Source: Octopus vulgaris (lineage: Eukaryota). Taken from it: 64,000 nucleotides of DNA. The stretch is from the NCBI GenBank assembly GCA_951406725.2, contig OX597831.1, positions 11,160,001-11,224,000 of the forward strand. Reading direction: 5' to 3'. Within the stretch, counting starts at the first letter, position 1; every line of letters begins with the position of its first letter. This document shows positions 55,061 to 64,000 of the stretch, piece by piece. A model generated the notes under the pieces. It had not been told where the DNA came from. It saw only the letters and a program-made list of their open reading frames with translations, and did not search any database. Both the position numbers and the translations under genes were made by a program.

Positions 55061-55613
55061 ACACACATATATATATATCTATATCATGTTACCCTCTGTG
55101 CTCCAGCGTTTCTCAAATCAACCGCCACCCCCGCACCCCCGCCATCACCCCAGCCGCCCTCACTTAATACTCGGCGGCTCCAATTACTTAATCTGGCGTC
55201 TGGTTTATATTTCGGCCTATCGCACTTTGATTACGGATAAGGGGTGGTGGGTGAGGTAGGGCCTGTAGGGTGGCAGGCCTGAAATAAAGAAAGAAAGAAA
55301 GAAAGAGAGTGAAGCGGTGAAGCGGAGGTTACCGAAGAACGAGCTGCGGTGTGAGGGAACGGCGGCTGGTTATGTGATGCAGTGGTTTGGGTTATTGTTG
55401 TTGTGGTTGTTGTTGTTGTTGCTGTTGTTGTTGTTGTTGCTATTGTCGATGTGTGTTTGTTGGTTTTATTTTTATTTTATTTTATTTTATTTTATTTTAT
55501 TTTATTAGATTTATATTGGTTTTGATTTGATCGGTTTGACCAGGCTGCTGGTGAAGGGGCGCGGGTGGGGTGCGGGGGATAAATTGTGGTAAGGAGGAAA
55601 GAGTGAGAAGTGG

Positions 55614-55649
<36 letters not shown>

Positions 55650-55975
55650 AAGAGAGAAGGTGAGAGAGAGGGGGAGGGTGGGAAGAGAGTAACAGTCAGA
55701 CAGATAGGAAGTCAAAGATATCGCATCAGAGAAAGAGAAAGAGAGAGAGAAAGAGGGGGGAAATACTGAGAGATGCGGTGAGAGAGAGTGTGTGCACGTA
55801 TGTGAGAGAGAGAGAGGGGGAGAGAGAGGGAGATAAAGAGGGAGAAAGAGGGAGAGAGAGAAGGAGAGAGAGGGTGAGAGAAAAAGAAATAGTAAGAGAT
55901 AGTATGTAAGTGTAGGAGAAAGAGAATTAATGTTGTTAAATAGATAAATAGCTATTTAAGAAGAAAGACAGAGAA

Positions 55976-56021
<46 letters not shown>

Positions 56022-56835
56022 TCAAAGAGATCATACAACAGTGATAGACAATAAGCCAGAAAAAAGAGATAAAGAAAGAATGTCAGTGTGAGAGAGTGAG
56101 AGAAAGAAGTGGGGAGAGAAAGCGAGCAAAAGCGGTGGTGGCTGTGTGGAGGTGGTGGTGGTGGTGGTGGTGGTGGTGGTGGTGTTTGTGATGGTGGTGG
56201 TGGTGATTGCGATTGTGGTTGTGGTTGTGGTGGTGGTGGTGGCGGTGGTTGTGATGGCGGTGGTTGTAGTGGTGGTCGTCGTCATGGTAGTGATGGTGGT
56301 CGTGGTGGGAATGTATTTTCGAAGGTCCTGCTTATTTTTCTTGTTGTTAATTCCCTTGTCATCCCCGAATCCCCGACCGAGCAGACTCACGATTTAAGGG
56401 GCAATACTATCCGTGAGCATCGCCTCTTTCTATGCTGATAGGGTATTTATTGTTAATTAAATCAAACAACATCCTGAATGATAAGGAAATAGCATTTTCT
56501 AAATTACTAATTCTGGTGAAGAAAGACAAGGGAGACAAACACGGAAGTTAAATTTCTTAAAATTAATTGAAATTAACCAAAAACCTGAATGCAGCAAAGA
56601 ATGAACAAACACGGATCCTTAGCGAACACGGGAGATGATCCCGAAATTTAACCAAAGTCTAGAGTGTTGTTAAGAATGGGACTCATCGCTAACAGACAAA
56701 GGGGACAATACAGAAATTTATATTACTTAAAATTAAGCAAAATCTAAAATGGAGTGAGGAATGGGTTTGATTCTTGGAAATACGGCGATAACTTTGGACA
56801 TATTTCCGTCTTTTAGACTTCATTAATAAAATACC

Positions 56836-57051
56836 TATTTCTTTAGTACCCACAAGGGGACAAACAAGGACAGACAAACGGATTAAGTCGATTATATCGA
56901 CCCCAGTGCGTAACTGGTACTTAATTTATCGACCCCGAAAGGCTGAAAGGCAAAGTCGACCTCGGCGGAATTTGAACTCAGAACGTAACGGCAGACGAAA
57001 TACGGCTACGCATTTCTCCCGGCATGCTAACGTTTCTGCCAGCTCACCGCC
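56836..57051 (-). mobile_element. SINE family B, full-length young copy
   Basis: Close match to 13619-13848; 16-bp target duplication CTTCATTAATAAAATA. Confidence 0.93.
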
Positions 57052-57145
57052 TTCCTTAATAAAATACTTCATTAATAAAATATAGTTTAATTGTTATTGC
57101 CGTTCTTACTATAACTGGAAACGTATAGAGGGAATTTTTCCCGAT

Positions 57146-57512
57146 TGGCTCTGTGGTAAGATGTTTGCTTCCCAACTATGTTATTTTGGGTTCAGTCCTA
57201 CTGCGTGGCACCTTCGGCGGGTATCTTCTATAAAAGCCCTCGGGCGACTAAGGCCTTGTGAGTTGATTTGGATTGAGGGAAGCTCTGTGGGTGTGCGTGT
57301 TTGTGTCAGTGTTTGTCACGCACCACCGCTTGGCAAACGATATTGGTGTGTTTATATCCCCGTAACCTAGCGGTTCGGTAAAGGAGAAAAAAATTGAATA
57401 ATCACCAAGCTTTAAAATAGGTACAAGTGTCGCTTCGACCAACTAAAATTATTCCAGGTGGTGCCCCAGCTTGGCCGCAGTCAAACAAGTGAAAGAATAA
57501 GAGAATAAAAGA
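57146..57512 (+). mobile_element. SINE family A, diverged
   Basis: Colinear with 17309-17710. Confidence 0.85.
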
Positions 57513-57687
57513 ATATACATTTTTCGCAAAGTCTAACAATCCGAAAAGTACCTCGCCTCAATCGCGCATGAGATATAAATACACATATCCATCCACACAC
57601 ACACACACACACACATATATACACATACATACATATAAATAATGTTTACATATATACATATATAAGCAATAAGGATATCCAGAGGTA

Positions 57688-57777
57688 ATGCAGTACGATC
57701 GTTTCATGCGACTCCATTTAATTGAACAATGTAAATATTACATCAGTTTTAAAATGTAGAGCAATCTTCAGCTGCAT
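57688..57777 (-). ncRNA. Type-I hammerhead ribozyme with complete core and extended helix II
   Basis: AUGCAG-CUGAAGA-UUGCUCUACAUUU...AUGUAA[UAU]UUACAU...AAAUGGAGUCGCAU-GAA-ACGAUCGU-A-CUGCAU: 6-bp helix I, perfect 8-nt palindromic helix III, GUA triplet. Confidence 0.8.
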
Positions 57778-59289
57778 AAAAATATAGAATTTAGTTAAAT
57801 TCAAAGAATTCATTTGTATAGTTATTCTATTAATAAAAATCACAAAGAGGATAAGTAGATAGACAAAGAACAAATTTCATAGTTGTAACTGGTATCTTTT
57901 CACAGGAAGACACTGCTTATCATTGATTTTACTTTTATATTTAGATTCATTACTGGGAGGGGGGTGTTAATTTCATAGACTAGCCTATCAAGTCCAATGG
58001 AAACCAGAATCCATCCCCCATGGATAGAGCAAAAAAGGACAGCCCAAGTGGCAGAGCCACAAATCAAGATCCCCCTGAAGTAGAAACCACCCGGGTTCAG
58101 CAAGAATACATTTCAGCCAAAATCCGCAGGCCAAAGCCGATGGGGCAGGGAGAGCAAAACCCACAACACCCAACCACTTGACAGCAATAACCCCAATAAC
58201 AATTTGCAATATACAGGTACATTTCAGAGAGTTTCCCCCACAAAGAATCAGAACAACCTTCAAATTGGACTAGGCATAAAATGGCAATAAACAACTAAAT
58301 GAGCGTCCAAATACCGAGGGACCTTCTGCGCAACCATTCGAAATGCTACAAATAGCAAAATCAGTTGGGACACCGAAAGATCCTTTATTCTATGTTTTCA
58401 TGAGCAGAACAAGTCTGGACTAAGCAACAACAATGAAAACGATCGCAATGGGGTCGATCAACCAGTTAGAAATAGCAGTTAACGTTCACTTAAATCACAA
58501 CGCTATTTTTTTCAAAAAGAAAGGATATATTATGTAAGATATTATGTAAGATATGGACAGAAAAGATTGTCAGGGTTTAGGGTGCCATTTCTAGAACTTC
58601 TCACTCAGAGCTCACCAGGGTCTAAATAATTACATATATGTCTCTAAGCATGGAGGAATCCTCAATACAGGTGATCCACTACCTTTCCTCAGTTATTTCC
58701 CTTCACAGTATTTATCTGTGTCCCTATTTACCTACTTGATCCCTTGTCACAATGTACGTTTCATAATAAACATTTATAAAAGACCCACGTCACCGCCATA
58801 GCGCTTATAGTTTGAATTCTCGGTTACGTCCCTTGTTTTCTTGGATTGAAGTGAGCTTCTGAAATAATTACGTTTGCTATATAATAATGAGTAATTTTAA
58901 TTAACAAAAATTTTTGGCTCCATTTCATCAAGGATATTAACAGCCTCTTTCTCTTGTTTAATATAAAGTAACATAAGACCAATTGTTGTTGCTGTTGTTG
59001 ATGTTCAGCTCCATGCCCTCACTGAGCATGCGTGATAATGTCCGGAATTCAATAACACTGAAGATGGTCTGCAATAATTTGCCGCAAGGGGCGCTCGCAG
59101 AAGAATTCTGTAATTTTAATTACAGTGAAATGTAAAAAAAAAACAATTAGAAAAAACAGACGCTTCGGACCATTAACCTTTATCACATAGTAAGAAACAG
59201 GAACAGAAAATTGTGGTCTCACCTTTGCTTTCAACCAGAGTAACAACACATCAACTCTGTCTTCTCCTGAAAAAAAATTGTGTCGTTAC

Positions 59290-59500
59290 GTTTTGGCACA
59301 AGGCAAGTACTTTCAAAAGGAAATGGTTAGTTGATTTCAGGGAGCCTAGTGCTTAGCAGATACTTTATCTTATCGATCCCTGGAATGATGAAAGGGACGA
59401 CTGACCTCGGTGGAATTTGAAATCACAGCGTAGAGAGCAGAAAGAAATGCCGTTAAGCTGTTTGTCGAACGCCCAAATGAATCTAGCAGCTCATTGCGTT
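59290..59500 (-). mobile_element. SINE family B, old copy
   Basis: TTATCGATCCC...ATGAAAGG...GACCTCGGTGGAATTTGAA. Confidence 0.65.
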
Positions 59501-59891
59501 TGAGATTAATCTGTGAACTCGCTAATCGAGCAGACGAACGCATAAGAGAACTTTTCTTTTGTAATCATCCTGTATGATACTTTTCTAACATAATATGAGA
59601 ACAGCAGATTTTACTCTGTGTTCCGCAGGAGATATATCGTTACACGGTGGATTTTAGAACATGTAAGTTAAGGACTTAGAAAATCTATAAGCTAATGATT
59701 GATTGTCATGAAAATATTGTTTAATGAATCATTAATATGATTAATGAAGCCATGTTCAGTAATAGATCTCCCTCCATTTTTTGCGAATTTTGTTTTTGTT
59801 TTTCTTTTTTGCATTTGAAGCATTTAAAAAAAATATTCCGTGTGAAGTACGGCTACACACACACACACACACGTACACACACACACACACA

Positions 59892-60170
59892 CGAAGGCAA
59901 ATGGAGTAGTGATCAGAGTGTTGCACTCACTATCACGAGATCGTGGTTTCAATTCCCGGGCAGTGCATTGTATTCTTGAACAAAATACTTTCATTCGCGT
60001 TCCTCGGCAACCACATCGACATCTGACGGGTGACACACTTGTGCACTTGTAAAGACAACTTTGATGTAATGAAGGGGAAATGAGTTAATGTATGGCACAT
60101 ACATTTTACTCACTATAAACAAATCATCTGTGCTGATTGTTTAGTAAGAATTTGCAGAAACTTCTCTCTC
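59892..60170 (+). mobile_element. Diverged tRNA-headed SINE (family C related, CORE-like segment)
   Basis: TGGAGTAGTGA (A box-like)...GGTTTCAATTCCC (B box)...TGTATTCTTGAACAAAATACTT. Confidence 0.6.
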
Positions 60171-60174
60171 GAGC

Positions 60175-60480
60175 TACCACCATATTTATGATCTACAGCC
60201 CTGCATCCTCCTGTTTTATCATTATGGCCGCACTTCTCGGTTCAACCTCACTGTCTCAAGGTCTTGCGTACCTTCCAGGCCAATGTCTGCGACTAAGTTG
60301 TCGATATGTGACGTCGTTTTCCTTTTCTTATGTCACCAAGAAGAGGATTCCAGTAGACTAATTTAGAAGCTTCCAGTCCACGTTGGCGCAGCTTCCAGTG
60401 ACCAGATAGTGGCAGCCGTTTTTGCCTAATCTTTTCGGTAACTTTCGACAGGTCTCCATCAAGGAATATCCTCCTAAAAC
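60175..60480 (-). mobile_element. RTE-type LINE C-terminal fragment
   Basis: Minus translation LDGDLSKVTEKIRQKRLPLSGH...EASKLVYWNPLLG...IDNLVADIGL resembles the RTE tail LYGxLP...IRxRRLxxAGH...LWxPxHG. Confidence 0.72.
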
Positions 60481-60746
60481 TACAGTGTGGTTACGGATGG
60501 AATTATTCATTTGATCGTCTGTCTGCTGGACTTAGTATTGACCTGTGGTTGAACAACGACAAAATCAACAACAACAACAACAACAACAGCCCAAAGTTAG
60601 GGGCGTCAATAGTTAGAGCACTTTGCCCCTTCCTTCATTTCAATATGTCACCTTATATTAAACGTAAGAAATGAAAGGAAGAATCTTGGTCCGACATTTT
60701 GTCCTCGTTATAATAAAAGGGTTTGCAACAAAGAAGAGGGGTTCTC

Positions 60747-60813
<67 letters not shown>

Positions 60814-61325
60814 TTACATACACATATTCCCTCATCTTCCGCACACACACACACACACAAGCACACATATATTACGTATAGCAGTCTTACACACAGGCGA
60901 CTGACAGTCCATCACTCACATACTTATGCAAACACACACAAGCACATGACACCCCACCACACATATGACATACAATCCTCCCACACACACATACATAATA
61001 TACGGCACACACTCTTACCGACACACTCTCACACACACAGAGCACCATACACACATAATATATAATACACCTCCACACACACACATAGATTTATATATAA
61101 CAATCCTGAAAACACACATATGCACACACATATATAACACACAGTTTATCACACACACACATACATAATATGCAGCCGCCCTACACACACACACACACAC
61201 ACACATCACCCACCAATCACAGCTCGTCTTTACTTCTACATCTGGTCGTCTGCTTTATACTGTGTCGTCTGCCTTTTTTTACTCATTTTCTCCCCCTCCC
61301 ACTATTAATTTACATTTATCACCCT

Positions 61326-61748
61326 CCATCCCCCCTCTCTCTCCTTGTCTTTTCCACGCGTTCCCTAACCTCTTCCCCTTCCTCCCCCTCTTTCATGTAC
61401 TTATGTTATCTCACCCCCTCCCATCGTACACCTCCTCTCACAACCACTTTTCTTAACCCATTGTCCGCCACCTCTCTCTCCGTTCTCATGTTTTCAACTC
61501 GCTCCTCTCCTTCCTCCCCTTCATCACTCTCCTTTAACACATCTTTCTCTTATCTCTTCCCCTCTCATTTTATGCACCACCTCTCACTACCACTTTTCTT
61601 AACCCATTGTCCGCCACCTCTCTCTCCATTCTCATGTTTTCAACTTGCTCCTCTCCTTCCTCCCCTTCATCATCCCCCTTTAACACGTCCTTCTCTTATC
61701 TCACCCCCTCTCATTTTATACACCACCTCTCACTAACTCTTTTCTCTC
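61326..61748 (+). repeat. Pyrimidine-rich ~146-bp tandem repeat, about three copies
   Basis: CTTAACCCATTGTCCGCCACC at 61452 and 61598; flanking units align. Confidence 0.9.
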
Positions 61749-62610
61749 GTATTTCCTCCCACTCCCTTTATAAACTCATGTTTACCAATTTAATTGCTGC
61801 AAATGTCTTCCCTTTCGCCTCATTTTCTCTCAAGTCCCCTCATTACTGTTATTTAATAAACAAATTACTTCACTGAACCAATTGTCCAGAAACGCTTGCA
61901 CGTGACTTCATTGTTGTTGATGTTATTGTCATCATAGCTTTTTGTTAATATTATATTCTTATTGTTGTTTGTCTTCGTCTTCATCCTTTTCTTTTATATT
62001 CTCATTGTCTTTCGTTTTATTTATTTATTTACTTATTTATTTATTTATTTATTTATTTATTAAGGCGGCGGGTTTGACAGAAAACGGCAGAGTATAGAAT
62101 TAAATGCTTTACTTATTTAGTTTTCGACCCCTCATTTTATGATTCCAGTTCAAATCCCGACGGAATCGATTTAGCAGTTTAACCTTCCAGGGTCATTTTA
62201 ATCGTTTTCACATTATCTGATTATCGTTGCTATTGTCATTTTAGCAGTTATTATTGTTGTTGTATCCTAATGCAACTCTGATCAGCAAACTTATCATGAA
62301 AGCGATTCCCACCGTGACTACCACTTTGAAAAATACAAGGTGCGGTAAAACTACCTCCCATTTACCATTTTTGATAAACGTTCAAAACGCTGATGATGAT
62401 TCTGAACAATATGGTAAACCATTCGCTACATGAAGACTCCATTGTCATTAACCTAGCTTCATTAGTGCCACGCTAATAGCTGTATAAAATATGGAAGGTT
62501 TTTCTGCTGCACCCAAATCATAAGGCAGGGAAATTTAATGGCAGAGTACATGTATAAACTTCCTGCATTATGAGTTGAAATGTTCCACCCTGTTTTTGTA
62601 TATCTCTCCA

Positions 62611-62730
62611 CCCTGAAGACGGAGGCCAGACTACCCAATGTTTATGTTTCCCTTATCGGTTGCATATTTTTGGGGACTACATATGCCAATATTATCAAGT
62701 AAGTCTGAACCCCCAGAAACAGCTATCGGA
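62611..62730 (+). ncRNA. Hammerhead ribozyme motif with long helix II, slightly decayed
   Basis: CC-CUGAAGA-CGGAGG-C-CAGACU...AGUCUG-AA-CCCCCA-GAA-ACAGCUAU-C-GG; helix III is one change from the palindrome ACAGCUGU; homologous to 6440-6530 including the downstream flank. Confidence 0.6.
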
Positions 62731-62934
62731 CATGTAACACCACACCGTCTCCCCTTTAATTTTGTGTGTCCTTGTATTATGTGTAAGATTGCGCAGCTAA
62801 TATATAAAAATCTATATATTTATACTTGAATATTACACGTCTGAAAATTTTCCGTCTTTGTTTTCTCTCTATTTACATGTAGGACCCGTATGTATATTTT
62901 ATATATGTGTGTATATAAACGCGCGCGCATGTGT

Positions 62935-62970
62935 GTCTTACGTTTCGAGCTCAAATTCCCATCAGAATAT
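62935..62970 (-). ncRNA. Degenerate minimal hammerhead motif
   Basis: UU-CUGAUGG-GA[AUUUGAGC]UC-GAA-ACGU-A-AG; A9 is G and helices I and II are weak. Confidence 0.4.
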
Positions 62971-63492
62971 CGCCTTTGCTTGGGGTGTATTTTTAAATAC
63001 TTTTTGATCAATCCTGATCGGTAGTACGAACTCCTTTAAAATTTGTACTCCTGTCGAAGTAAGAAATTGATGTAGCTTATTTGGAAACATCGCTTCGTTG
63101 TCAATCTTGTTGTTATTGACTGATTTTAGGTCCGCCGTAATCCAGCCGCCCACTGAGGTAAAAAGCATTCCATACTTGTATCCTTAAAACTGTAGATGAC
63201 ACTTATCCAAAATGTCGTGCAGTGAAACTGAACCGGAGGTCATGTGGTTGCAAACGGAACGTTTTAACCACGCAACCACGAGTCTTTAATGAAAATCCAA
63301 AACAATTTCCGCTGGAAAAAATGTTGGTCCTAACATTGGGGTGAGTCTGAGTGGGTTTGTAAATAAGCTATGAAGAAACCAGAATCGTAGAAGTCATGTA
63401 CTCGATGCAAATTTTGTTATCCTTTGTCAAGCAGGTAAGAGGTTTTAAACAGGAGCGATCTATAGAAAATTGTTAAAACTAAAAATTGTCGA

Positions 63493-63911
63493 GGATAAAT
63501 TAAGTTTGACCGGCAGTTTTTAAAATAATTTCCACGTAACTAAACACTTTTAAACTTTGTATACTGGTAGAATGTGTTTTTTCTCTTGGTTTTATTGAGA
63601 AAATTCTATAGTTTGTAAAATATTTGTTGCTTTTTTCTTCAATTTTTGCAATTTCAACCAATCAATGACGTCTATTGAGGTGAAAACATTTTGTGTCGTA
63701 TGAATATCTCCCTCGTTTAAGAAACAGATTGGGTTTATTTACATTTGTGAAGAAAAAAAGATACCCCTAACCCTAACCCTAACTAACCCTAACTCTAACC
63801 CTAACCCTAAAACAGATTGAAATGCAATAGATCGATACTAGGGTCATAATTATGGGTGACAATTTCATATGACACCGCTAGAAAAAACTGCCGTTCAAAC
63901 CGAAAAGATCC
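63493..63911. mobile_element. Non-autonomous TIR element containing telomere-type repeats
   Basis: Ends GGAT...GTTTGACCGGCAGTTTTT and AAAAAACTGCCGTTCAAAC...ATCC form imperfect inverted termini. Confidence 0.65.
63765..63810. repeat. Interstitial (CCCTAA)n telomere-type repeat, ~7 units
   Basis: CCCTAACCCTAACCCTAACTAACCCTAACTCTAACCCTAACCCTAA. Confidence 0.9.
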
Positions 63912-64000
63912 ATTAAATTTATTATTGCTGTTGAATATGTTAGTGATATTTAATCTCTGAAGGTTTTGCTGCCGTTCGTTTATATGGTTTGATTTCTTTA

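Noticed and set aside
63765-63810. Possible true chromosome end
   Set aside because: Only ~7 imperfect units with ordinary sequence on both sides, inside a TIR element.

Overview
Eukaryotic, AT-rich, gene-poor and repeat-saturated DNA. It is most likely an octopus/coleoid cephalopod intron or gene desert, inferred from the tRNA-headed SINE families and the microsatellite spectrum, not from a database search. No host protein-coding exon, rRNA, true tRNA or CRISPR array can be supported, and nearly all listed ORFs are microsatellite translation artefacts. The window contains: three SINE families in dozens of copies; decayed Tc1, mariner and rosa-like transposases; Tc1/mariner and hAT-type MITEs; RTE and CR1/L2-type LINE tails; a composite Helitron with a PIF1 helicase fragment and an internal ~165-bp satellite, sitting tail-to-tail with a second Helitron; and a TIR element carrying (TAACCC)n. 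The most notable hidden signal is about ten type-I hammerhead-ribozyme-like motifs with short, often palindromic helix III. They fall into several sequence families and lie in what appear to be Penelope-like pseudo-LTR fragments and long fold-back inverted repeats. One (57688-57777, minus strand) has a complete catalytic core, and several carry a UUGAAAA (U3-A8) variant core. All pairings were assigned by eye, and many element boundaries are approximate.
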